A DNA stretch of 55,480 bases from Patescibacteria group bacterium (GCA_023474425.1 JAMCXX010000001.1:1-55480); one strand, 5' to 3'. Positions 15,463 through 22,864 are shown, numbered from the stretch's first letter. The notes: generated from the sequence alone by a model not told the origin. Made by a program: numbers and translations.

Positions 15463-16652
15463 ATTTTTTGCCAGATTAAAATACTTTCGTAAAATGCACC
15501 CTCACGTCTTCCAGTCCGGCGGTTCACATGACGTTCAACACGTCCAATTTCCTTAAACCCCGCATCGTCTGCTTTGTAAAGTCCATATTTGTCATTTACA
15601 ACAATGAGAGCCAGACCTTTTGGCGTCATATATTTACGAGTATGGAGTAAAACATCATTTATGCCTTTGATATAGTCCTGTTTTGCTTGTTGTGATTGTC
15701 CATTTTTTGCAGGACCAATTTCCCTCGTCTCGTTATTTTTTAGACCAAGTAATTCGTAAGCGTATTTATGTTGTTCGTGGTAATCAATCAAACCAATATA
15801 GGGAGGTGAAGTGAAAACCATATCAATACCGTTTGGTAACTCAACCTCGCGCGAATCCGCATGGTTTACGATTACTTTTGCTTTCGTCTTAATTTTAGAA
15901 AATTCTTTTATGCGATCTAACGTATCAATCGTGTAACGCGACAAGAATTTATAAGCTTCTTCAACCGGCTGACATGTTCGGTTATGTTTGTAGCACTGAT
16001 AGGGTTTTGTTTGCGGCTCCTTTGGAAAATCCAGATCGTAGTGTGTAACAAGCCGCGCTGAACGCGCCGAACGAGATAAAACAACTTTCAATAAATCTTG
16101 ATAAGTGTAATCCTTAATAAGCCGTAGATAGCATAGAAGCTCTTTTTGTGTGTTTGGCGCGAACCATTTTTGTATATACTCATTTTTCGTTGAAAATACC
16201 TTGTTTACCTTTTCGTCATTAGAAAACTTACTTTTATAGGTATTGAGACGATTCAAAATTTCGTAAACTTCCTCTTCAAGTCTTGGAATATCATAATCAT
16301 CAGTCTTAACTTTTGAAAGCAGGATATTAAAGGCCGAAATATCAGTGCCGATTGAATCTATGCCGAGCGCGTTTGCCTCAACTAAAGTTGTCCCGCTTCC
16401 AGCGAACGGGTCATAAACAAGGGTTGGCTCGTACTTACGTAAAAATATTTCTACAAGTTGCGGAATAAATTTACCAAGATAGGGATGTAAGCGGTGAACG
16501 TGTTTTGTTCTTTGGTATTCGGGCAAATCGCGCTCGCGCCAATTCAAATTCAAAGATTCAAGTGGAGTCTCCGGCTTTACGCTGGCAAAATCCGTAAGCG
16601 GATTTTGCTTATACTGCTGGGCTATTTTTTGAGCAATAGTATTATCGTACAC
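15459..16652 (-). CDS. DNA methyltransferase (N4-cytosine or N6-adenine; SPPY motif)
   Basis: 397 aa with GTG start. AdoMet motif I DPFAGSGTT (aa 81-89) precedes catalytic motif IV TSPPY (aa 281-285). HPYLGKFIPQL block typical of the N6_N4 MTase family. Confidence 0.85.
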   Translation of the reverse strand: MYDNTIAQKIAQQYKQNPLTDFASVKPETPLESLNLNWRERDLPEYQRTKHVHRLHPYLGKFIPQLVEIFLRKYEPTLVYDPFAGSGTTLVEANALGIDSIGTDISAFNILLSKVKTDDYDIPRLEEEVYEILNRLNTYKSKFSNDEKVNKVFSTKNEYIQKWFAPNTQKELLCYLRLIKDYTYQDLLKVVLSRSARSARLVTHYDLDFPKEPQTKPYQCYKHNRTCQPVEEAYKFLSRYTIDTLDRIKEFSKIKTKAKVIVNHADSREVELPNGIDMVFTSPPYIGLIDYHEQHKYAYELLGLKNNETREIGPAKNGQSQQAKQDYIKGINDVLLHTRKYMTPKGLALIVVNDKYGLYKADDAGFKEIGRVERHVNRRTGRREGAFYESILIWQKI

Positions 16653-16654
16653 AA

Positions 16655-16793
16655 TTATTTTTTCAAAAGGTCATCAACTGACGCTTCGAGAGCTTTCGCA
16701 ATCCGTTGGACTGCTTCAATGATAGGATTAGGACTATCGTCAAGTTCTATTTTAACAACCGTATTAAGTGACAAATCAGCAAGTTTAGAGAGT
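16655..16793 (-). pseudogene. Truncated XRE-family HTH (R-M controller-like) remnant
   Basis: My own translation gives ...QLSKLADLSLNTVVKIELDDSPNPIIEAVQRIAKALEASVDDLLKK*. This matches helices 2-5 of an HTH_3 domain. There is no ATG or GTG start, and the frame runs straight into the tRNA-Leu 3' end. The stop lies 2 nt before the MTase start. Confidence 0.5.
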
Positions 16794-16884
16794 TGGTGCT
16801 GAGGAGAGGACTTGAACCTCCACCCCCGATTTTACGGAGACAGGCCCCTCAAGCCTGCGCGTCTGCCAATTCCGCCACCTCAGC
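16794..16884 (-). tRNA. tRNA-Leu (anticodon GAG), CCA encoded
   Basis: 91-nt class II tRNA. Acceptor GCTGAGG/CCTCAGC, anticodon loop TTGAGGG, long variable arm. Confidence 0.9.
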
Positions 16885-16899
16885 TTATTTCTTATTTTA

Positions 16900-18432
16900 T
16901 CACACGTTGGCGAACTCCTTAATTGCTTTGGCGGCTTCCTTAGGTTGTTCCAGGGGTACCACGTGTCCCGCTTTCTCGATTATTTTTAAGCGCACCAGGC
17001 TGTTTTCGGGCAAGATTTTTTCTCGAGCGAAATTAGGTGAAGAGATCTTGTCCTCGCGGCCGTAAAGAAGCAGGGTTTCCGTGTCGGTTGATTTAAGTAT
17101 ACCGGCCAAGTCGTAGCCTGCGGCCGAAATTCCCATTTGCGTAAAGGCTTCCTTACGCATCTTTTTTTTGCCGATCAGTCCGTAGGCGTCAACCAGAAAA
17201 CGATTAAACTTGTACATATTAATGTATTTGGACATGGCATAGGCGGCCAGCCTGGTTTCAATAATTTTCTTTAGAGTAGATTCGCCCAGTGAAAATTTCT
17301 TGAATAACCAAAGAGAATACCTCACCGCGCTGCCGGCCAGGTCAATCCCCTGCCCGCGCATTACCGGGCCGGCTAAGATTAATTTACTTATTGAGTTCGG
17401 AAACCTTTTAGCGGTTTCCGCGGCTACTAAACTGCCCATGGAAAGTCCGCAAAGAATCACGGGACTTTCTGAAACCGCAGTTAAAAAGCGGCCAACATAA
17501 TTGGCTGCGGATTCAATGGAATAAACCGGCAAATCGCCCGAATCGCCGAATCCCGGCAAATCCAAAAGATAGAGCGTAAAGTCTTTTTTTAAGTATTTAA
17601 TCACCGGAACCCAACCCTCCCAGTTATTGGCCCAGCCGTGAATTAGGACTAACGGCCGTCCGGCTCCAACCCGGACATAATTTATTTTAAGACCTTTAAT
17701 AATTACATTTTTAGGACGATAGTTAGAAGTAAGACGTCCGGCGGGAGCCTCCCAGTAGTTTCTTAGGCCGTTTAGAAAGTCACGGGGCATTTGAGTGCCG
17801 TAGATATTAACGTATTTACCAACCAGGTTGCTGGCCTCGGCCAGGTGAAGCTTCCATCCGTGCCCCTTTTGGGGTTTGGGTAAGTCGTTGACCCCGTCCA
17901 GAAGAACCTTGATTACCGGTTGTCTTTTTTTAAAGAAATAGTAGTTCATGTAGGGCTCAATGCCGTAATCATCGGCTAATGGGCTATCAAGAACTTTAAT
18001 TAAGTCGTTTTTAGAAATGACCCTCATTCCGGAAATAAGCGGCAAAAAGTTAGCCCGTATCCAGTGGTAGGAAGACAGATTATTTTTTTGGGTTAGACCT
18101 ACAACCAGCCCCTTAGGGTTTTTCTCATAAGCCTCAACCATTTTTCTTACATGGTTTTCTTTAAGCCCGATTAAGTCGGCATCGCAAAGAAAAATGGCGG
18201 AACGTGTGGCAAGATTTAGGCCTTGGCGTACATCCTGTCCTTTGCCGCCGCGTTTTTTTAGCGCAACAATTTTAACCTTATTAAAATTCCGGGCGATTTT
18301 TACGGAGTTGTCCGTACTACCCCCGTCAACAAAAATAATTTTTTTAACTAGAGGGGATTTGTTTAAGGCCGTAAGCACGCCTCCGACCCTTGGTTCCTCG
18401 TTGTAACAAGGGACGATTGTGTCAATAATCAT
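16900..18432 (-). CDS. Fusion protein: family-2 glycosyltransferase (N) plus alpha/beta hydrolase (C)
   Basis: 510 aa with ATG start. N-terminus has IVPCYNEE...FVDGGSTDNS...DAD (GT-A/GT2). C-terminus has LVLIHGW...GLSMGS (GxSxG nucleophile elbow)...GH. Confidence 0.8.
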   Translation of the reverse strand: MIIDTIVPCYNEEPRVGGVLTALNKSPLVKKIIFVDGGSTDNSVKIARNFNKVKIVALKKRGGKGQDVRQGLNLATRSAIFLCDADLIGLKENHVRKMVEAYEKNPKGLVVGLTQKNNLSSYHWIRANFLPLISGMRVISKNDLIKVLDSPLADDYGIEPYMNYYFFKKRQPVIKVLLDGVNDLPKPQKGHGWKLHLAEASNLVGKYVNIYGTQMPRDFLNGLRNYWEAPAGRLTSNYRPKNVIIKGLKINYVRVGAGRPLVLIHGWANNWEGWVPVIKYLKKDFTLYLLDLPGFGDSGDLPVYSIESAANYVGRFLTAVSESPVILCGLSMGSLVAAETAKRFPNSISKLILAGPVMRGQGIDLAGSAVRYSLWLFKKFSLGESTLKKIIETRLAAYAMSKYINMYKFNRFLVDAYGLIGKKKMRKEAFTQMGISAAGYDLAGILKSTDTETLLLYGREDKISSPNFAREKILPENSLVRLKIIEKAGHVVPLEQPKEAAKAIKEFANV

Positions 18433-18440
18433 ACTGTAGC

Positions 18441-18530
18441 TGGTGCCGGAGAGAGGACTCGAACCTCCACGGGAGGATTAATCCCACTAGGCCCTGAACC
18501 TAGCGCGTCTGCCAATTCCGCCACTCCGGC
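18441..18530 (-). tRNA. tRNA-Leu (anticodon CAG), CCA encoded
   Basis: 90-nt class II tRNA. Acceptor GCCGGAG/CTCCGGC, anticodon loop TTCAGGG. Confidence 0.9.
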
Positions 18531-18601
18531 TCCGTTGACATTTTGACATAAGAGTTGGTCTTTGTTAAATTCTTTTTAACGCTAATCTTTAGAAAGATTA
18601 T

Positions 18602-19231
18602 ATGAAACATCTGCCTTTGGCTTTATTGGTGGTTGTCTTCCTGCCGGTTTTATTTTTTTTGGGAGGCTCAATTGCTGTTTTGTCTGCCGGGGTTTTTTTG
18701 GTGACGCAGAAAGCCTCACCAATTGCCGTTGTGCCCGACACTTCGGTAAAGCAACGTAGTGTTTATAACCTATTTTCTTCCCCGCCTCCGGTTTTGGGGT
18801 CGTTTACTTCTTCGGTGAGCACGGCAGACGCACGGGCCTTAAAGCTGGAGCAGTTTTTTGCCAAATACCACTCCCCTCTTTCGGGCTATGGGGAGGACTT
18901 TGTTACCGCGGCTCAAAAATACAGTCTGCCCTGGCAGCTTTTACCGGCTATTTCTATGCAAGAGTCTTTAGGCGGAACCAACGTACCAGAGGATTGCTTT
19001 AACCCCTTCGGTTGGGGCATTAATTCGGCAGGCACGCTTTGTTTTTCTGACTGGCCGCAAGCGATTGAAACGGTTTCCAAAGGAATGAAGGAGAGATACA
19101 TAGACAACGGTCTTGTAACGGTGGAACAAATAATGAGCAAGTATAATCCCATTTCCTACCACCGCGACGGGTCTTGGGGCAACGGTGTGCAGTACTTCTT
19201 GGACGAAATCAACTCCTTTAGCACTCCCTAA
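18602..19231 (+). CDS. Secreted/anchored peptidoglycan hydrolase-like protein (GH73 glucosaminidase-like)
   Basis: 209 aa with ATG start and an N-terminal TM. AISMQESLGGT...NPFGWG resembles the ESxxG...N.FG block of the glucosaminidase domain. Confidence 0.5.
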   Translation: MKHLPLALLVVVFLPVLFFLGGSIAVLSAGVFLVTQKASPIAVVPDTSVKQRSVYNLFSSPPPVLGSFTSSVSTADARALKLEQFFAKYHSPLSGYGEDFVTAAQKYSLPWQLLPAISMQESLGGTNVPEDCFNPFGWGINSAGTLCFSDWPQAIETVSKGMKERYIDNGLVTVEQIMSKYNPISYHRDGSWGNGVQYFLDEINSFSTP

Positions 19232-19258
19232 AGGGCGAATCTCGAACCTATCGAAGGG

Positions 19259-19347
19259 TGGTGCCAAGGGAGGGACTCGAACCCTCACGTCCCATTAAGG
19301 ACACACGGTTCTAAGCCGTGGCTGTCTACCAATTTCAGCACCTTGGC
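19259..19347 (-). tRNA. tRNA-Leu (anticodon TAG), CCA encoded
   Basis: 89-nt class II tRNA. Acceptor GCCAAGG/CCTTGGC, anticodon loop CTTAGAA. Confidence 0.9.
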
Positions 19348-19465
19348 ACAGCTTAATTGTAAGTGGAAAATTGTCCCGACGTAAAGTCCGGACCCCGGTG
19401 CCAGATGATTTTGTCGGCATTACGTACCGTAGCGTCGGAACTGAAATGTTGGAAAAAAATTACGT

Positions 19466-20041
19466 TCAGAGGGGTTTGTATTCCTTGTTTTTTTCCATCT
19501 CTTTGCCCAAAAGATCGCGCAGGTAAACGGCCCGGGGCACTCTTTTGACCCGCGAAATCCAGTCTAAATAATCGTTTATTTCCGGAGAAATAAAGAAGTT
19601 GAACCTAATTGGCGCACTGCCTTTAAGATTTGCAATTTCTTGCGTTAACACCTCCTCAATATTCTCTAGCGTGTATTTCACAATACGCACGGTGTTTGTT
19701 GGCACGGCCTTTAAAATTTGTGGAACAAGAGATCCGCTCACCTGTAAGACCAGAACGGGTTTGTTTTTTTCCAGGGCGATAGAAATCTCGTGCCCGATAC
19801 CGATGGTCGGTTGGGAAACTTCCGCAACGACTAAATCGGCAGAGGAGATATTTTTAAGCGTTCGTTCGTAGTACTTGACTAATTCTTTGTCCGAGGCGTC
19901 TCTTACTTGGTTGTACTCTGTATTGAGCACATGATCGCTGACCAGTTTATAGCCAAGACCGGTAAGCACGTCGATTATTCTTTCGTAGTTCTTCTGATAT
20001 TTAGCCTTACCCGACAGCGAAGCTGCAAAGTATATTTTCAT
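19466..20041 (-). CDS. DNPH1/nucleoside 2-deoxyribosyltransferase-like protein with C-terminal RHH-like tail
   Basis: 191 aa with ATG start. KIYFAASLSG at the N-terminus and ADLVVAEVSQPTIGIGHEISIAL resemble DNPH1 (Rcl) ADVVVAEVTQPSLGVGYELG, including the catalytic Glu. Residues ~145-180 (RFNFFISPEINDYLDWISRVKRVPRAVYLRDLL) look like a beta-strand/helix/helix RHH unit. Confidence 0.65.
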   Translation of the reverse strand: MKIYFAASLSGKAKYQKNYERIIDVLTGLGYKLVSDHVLNTEYNQVRDASDKELVKYYERTLKNISSADLVVAEVSQPTIGIGHEISIALEKNKPVLVLQVSGSLVPQILKAVPTNTVRIVKYTLENIEEVLTQEIANLKGSAPIRFNFFISPEINDYLDWISRVKRVPRAVYLRDLLGKEMEKNKEYKPL

Positions 20042-20060
20042 AAGCTTAATTAGTTTAGTT

Positions 20061-20696
20061 TTAATTAGCAGAATTTACAATCTTAGAATACAAATCAGAT
20101 AGGCCGTTTTGTTCCAGCAACTCTTTTAAATAATCGTTGCTAAAAGTATGATTGTTCTTCAGCTGTCCGCAATCGACTAAGTCTTTATTGATAATTCTAG
20201 ACCCTACTCTAAAAGTGCGTCGGGTAATACTTTTGCATATAAAGACCAGCTCTGGGCGCGCAATTTTTATTCTAAATCCGTCTATTTTAAAGAGAATCGC
20301 ATCGCGTATGGCTTTTTCGTTGTAAGGCATTCGTATAATACGTCCGTTGTTGAGTTTGTATACCCAATCGGTTGATATGTGAACTTCGACACCACGAACA
20401 CTAGTTCTTAGATAGCTGGTAATGGGTGTTACATCACCAAATTTTGATACAAACTTAACCTGACATAAACCGTCAAATTCTTTGTTCTTGTTAAGGATAT
20501 ACTCGAGTTCGTTTAACTCAACTCCGTTGACGATAATGTCAATGTCTGTTATTGGTCTTTGCGGATTCCCGTAATAAAAAACAGATACGCCCGAGACTAC
20601 CATCCAATCCAGACTATTTTTTCTAAAATATTCATTCAGAAATCTAAGCGTATTTATGTATTTTATTCCGATTGTTTGTTTTTCTGTTTTCTTCAT
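20061..20696 (-). CDS. Pol-beta-fold nucleotidyltransferase-like protein
   Basis: The ORF track starts at TTG 20723. I prefer the ATG at 20696 (211 aa). VVSGVSVFYYGNPQRPITDIDIIV fits the G[SG]-x(9-14)-DxD NTase signature. The gene is AT-rich and lies 19 nt upstream of the DNPH1-like gene. Confidence 0.55.
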   Translation of the reverse strand: MKKTEKQTIGIKYINTLRFLNEYFRKNSLDWMVVSGVSVFYYGNPQRPITDIDIIVNGVELNELEYILNKNKEFDGLCQVKFVSKFGDVTPITSYLRTSVRGVEVHISTDWVYKLNNGRIIRMPYNEKAIRDAILFKIDGFRIKIARPELVFICKSITRRTFRVGSRIINKDLVDCGQLKNNHTFSNDYLKELLEQNGLSDLYSKIVNSAN

Positions 20697-20712
20697 ATAG
20701 CAAAAACCAACC

Positions 20713-20738
20713 CAAAAAAGCAAACCTTACGGTTTGCT
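20713..20738 (-). terminator. Rho-independent terminator after the 20822-21523 gene
   Basis: Minus-strand stem AGCAAACC/GGTTTGCT (8 bp, 4-nt loop) followed by UUUUUUGGG. Confidence 0.6.
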
Positions 20739-20821
20739 CCTTATGTTCCTCGCTTCTGTTTTTTTATTAAACCAGACTTTGCCACTATAGCTTAATAATC
20801 TTAATTTTGCAAACTCCGATT

Positions 20822-21523
20822 TTAGTCAACTGTAGAGCCAATTTCAACTGTTGCCGGCGGAAGGTACGTGTCTTTTGGCAGATTAATGACGATAACGGGA
20901 TTGAACGAGAATTCCCCCCTATTTTTGCCGTTTTGGGGCGTAACATTAATTTCTTTTCCGTTAGTAATAGTTAAGTCTTCGGGGCTGCGGCTTGAAGATT
21001 TAATATCGTTTTTGCTAAGACTTAGGCCTATGTAATTTTTAGCCATAAATTCCGAGAGCGGCCCGGCGTCTTTAATGAAAATTGCAAGTTTCCAGGTAGT
21101 TGAGTCGGGGCGGCTGTCTTTGACTTCAAAAGTACCGAGTTGTATGCGAATCTCCTTGTCTTCGCTCGATTTATCTTCGGCGTTTACGAAAACGCTTTTT
21201 GGGGCTTTAAGATATAGTTGGCCGCTTTGGAAGTTGGAGAGATTTTCTATTAGACTTTGCGCCTTAGGAATTAAATTCTGAAGACCGGCGCTTCCTAGTT
21301 GACCGAGATCCTTTAGATTTCCCAAGTTAAGGTTTTGCGATAAATATGAACTGACAGAGGCGGTAAGCCCGGAATTATCCAGTGGAGCGGTCAGATTGGT
21401 CACGGAAGGGGGTATATATTTGACAACCAAACCTTCAATTTTCTGGCCTTTTTGTATCTGCCCGCTAAAATAAAGAACGGCGGCAAGAAGTCCAATTATA
21501 AAGACAAAACGCAGTAGTACCAT
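20822..21523 (-). CDS. Signal-anchored hypothetical protein
   Basis: 233 aa with ATG start, an N-terminal hydrophobic anchor and a beta-rich C-terminal part. No motif recognised. Confidence 0.5.
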   Translation of the reverse strand: MVLLRFVFIIGLLAAVLYFSGQIQKGQKIEGLVVKYIPPSVTNLTAPLDNSGLTASVSSYLSQNLNLGNLKDLGQLGSAGLQNLIPKAQSLIENLSNFQSGQLYLKAPKSVFVNAEDKSSEDKEIRIQLGTFEVKDSRPDSTTWKLAIFIKDAGPLSEFMAKNYIGLSLSKNDIKSSSRSPEDLTITNGKEINVTPQNGKNRGEFSFNPVIVINLPKDTYLPPATVEIGSTVD

Positions 21524-21528
21524 AATTT

Positions 21529-21603
21529 TGGTCGGGGAGACAGGAGTCGCACCTGCTACCTCTCGGTCCCAAACCGAGCGTTCTACTGCTGAACTACTCC
21601 CCG
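21529..21603 (-). tRNA. tRNA-Pro (anticodon TGG), CCA encoded
   Basis: 75 nt. Acceptor CGGGGAG/CTCCCCG, anticodon loop TTTGGGA. The T-loop reads TGCGACT (G at position 55). Confidence 0.85.
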
Positions 21604-21618
21604 CAATTCAAAGTCGAA

Positions 21619-21695
21619 TGGTGGGCCCGGATGGTCTCGAACCAACGACCTTTCGGATGTAAACCGAACGCTCTAACCGGCTGAGCTACGGGCCC
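21619..21695 (-). tRNA. tRNA-Val (anticodon TAC), CCA encoded
   Basis: 77 nt. Acceptor GGGCCCG/CGGGCCC, anticodon loop TTTACAT. Confidence 0.9.
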
Positions 21696-21757
21696 TTAAC
21701 TTAAAGTATATCCCAGTGGAATTGAAGCCGTAAATATTGTAGATTGAGGTAAGTTGG

Positions 21758-21844
21758 GCCGGCGTGGCGGAACAGGTATACGCGACAGACTTAAAATCTG
21801 TTGTCAGCAATGACGTGTCGGTTCGAGTCCGACCGCCGGCACCA
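21758..21844 (+). tRNA. tRNA-Leu (anticodon TAA), CCA encoded
   Basis: 87-nt class II tRNA. Acceptor GCCGGCG/CGCCGGC, anticodon loop CTTAAAA. Confidence 0.9.
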
Positions 21845-21847
21845 GTA

Positions 21848-21921
21848 GCGGGTGTAGTTCAATGGTAGAACGTCAGTTTTCCAAACTGAGAACGGCGGTT
21901 CGATTCCGCTCACCCGCTCCA
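21848..21921 (+). tRNA. tRNA-Gly (anticodon TCC), CCA encoded
   Basis: 74 nt. Acceptor GCGGGTG/CACCCGC, anticodon loop TTTCCAA. Confidence 0.9.
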
Positions 21922-21925
21922 ATCT

Positions 21926-22864
21926 TTAAGAACAGCCGGAGAAGGTAAAGGCATAAGCTCTAAAGTTACCCTCAACCGCCTCAACTTTTAGCACCCCGTT
22001 TAGAGGTGTGTTTGACTTAATCAGGTTGTACATTCGCGGTTTCTTAACCTCTACTTCCCCTTCAAGGTTTACATCCCGACCCAGGGCATTTTGATTTAGA
22101 TTTTTTTCGTCAAGTTTGAGCGCGATCTTTGTCGTGTTGCTCGCGGCCGACAAAACAAGATTGACTTCGGTGCCTTGGAAATTTATTAGAATCGAGGCCC
22201 CCGGCGCCCGGGATTCCACAAACTCCTCCTTGGCCAGAAAACTCCCTTTAAGAGCCAAGCCGTCTTGGGGTAGATGAGTTGGAGCCCAGTAGTCAAAGAC
22301 TGAATTGGGGTTGTAATTTTGCTCGAAAAGGCGGCCGCGGGCAAAGCCGCAGTAGGTTTCGGGCGTGGGTATAAAACAAACCTCTCCGTGCTCATGTTCA
22401 GACGTTTCTGTTGCCGCACCGGCGCTAGAAGAGCCTGAGTTTAAAAGTTGCCTAATAGTCTCTTCGGTTTTTCGATATTCGCCTTCACCAAAGTGAGTGT
22501 ATATAAGTTCACCCCCTTGATTAAAAAGGTATTTTGCCGGCCAGTAGCGGTTGGCAAAGGCCCGCCAATTTATGTAGTCGTTATCCAGAAGAACCGGCCA
22601 GGTGACCCCCAAATCCATAAGGGCCGTTTCTACATTTCCACTATTTTTTTCGAATTCAAACTCCGGGGTGTGAATACCAATAATGAGTAAACCGCAGTCT
22701 TTGTATTTGGCCCACCAGTCTTTAAGATAGGGCAAGGTACGGCGGCAGTTAACGCAGGAATAGGTAAAAAAATCCACTAAAACCGCCTTTCCGGAAATAT
22801 CAGGTGTATTAAGGGGCTTGGAATTTAACCAAGTTGAGCCGAAAAATTTAGGGATTTTAACCAT
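21926..22864 (-). CDS. Thioredoxin-fold (redoxin/DipZ C-terminal-like) protein
   Basis: 312 aa with ATG start. CVNC (CxxC) in FFTYSCVNCRRTLPYL, followed by a beta-rich C-terminal domain. Confidence 0.7.
   Translation of the reverse strand: MVKIPKFFGSTWLNSKPLNTPDISGKAVLVDFFTYSCVNCRRTLPYLKDWWAKYKDCGLLIIGIHTPEFEFEKNSGNVETALMDLGVTWPVLLDNDYINWRAFANRYWPAKYLFNQGGELIYTHFGEGEYRKTEETIRQLLNSGSSSAGAATETSEHEHGEVCFIPTPETYCGFARGRLFEQNYNPNSVFDYWAPTHLPQDGLALKGSFLAKEEFVESRAPGASILINFQGTEVNLVLSAASNTTKIALKLDEKNLNQNALGRDVNLEGEVEVKKPRMYNLIKSNTPLNGVLKVEAVEGNFRAYAFTFSGCS

Noticed and set aside
16494-17065. Plus-strand ORFs 16494-16802 and 16793-17065.
   Set aside because: They run antisense across the MTase 5' end, the tRNA-Leu(GAG) gene and the 3' end of the GT2-hydrolase gene, so they are shadow ORFs.
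18535-18575. A possible promoter TTGACA-17-TAAATT upstream of the GH73-like gene.
   Set aside because: It is plausible, but there are two overlapping TTGACA boxes and a weak -10 in AT-rich sequence. That is not enough to annotate it with confidence.
13628-21523. Calling the tRNA-Leu-linked accessory segments an intact genomic island, prophage or ICE.
   Set aside because: No integrase, recombinase, transposase, phage structural gene or conjugation gene is recognisable in the window. Only a remnant or hot-spot interpretation is supportable.
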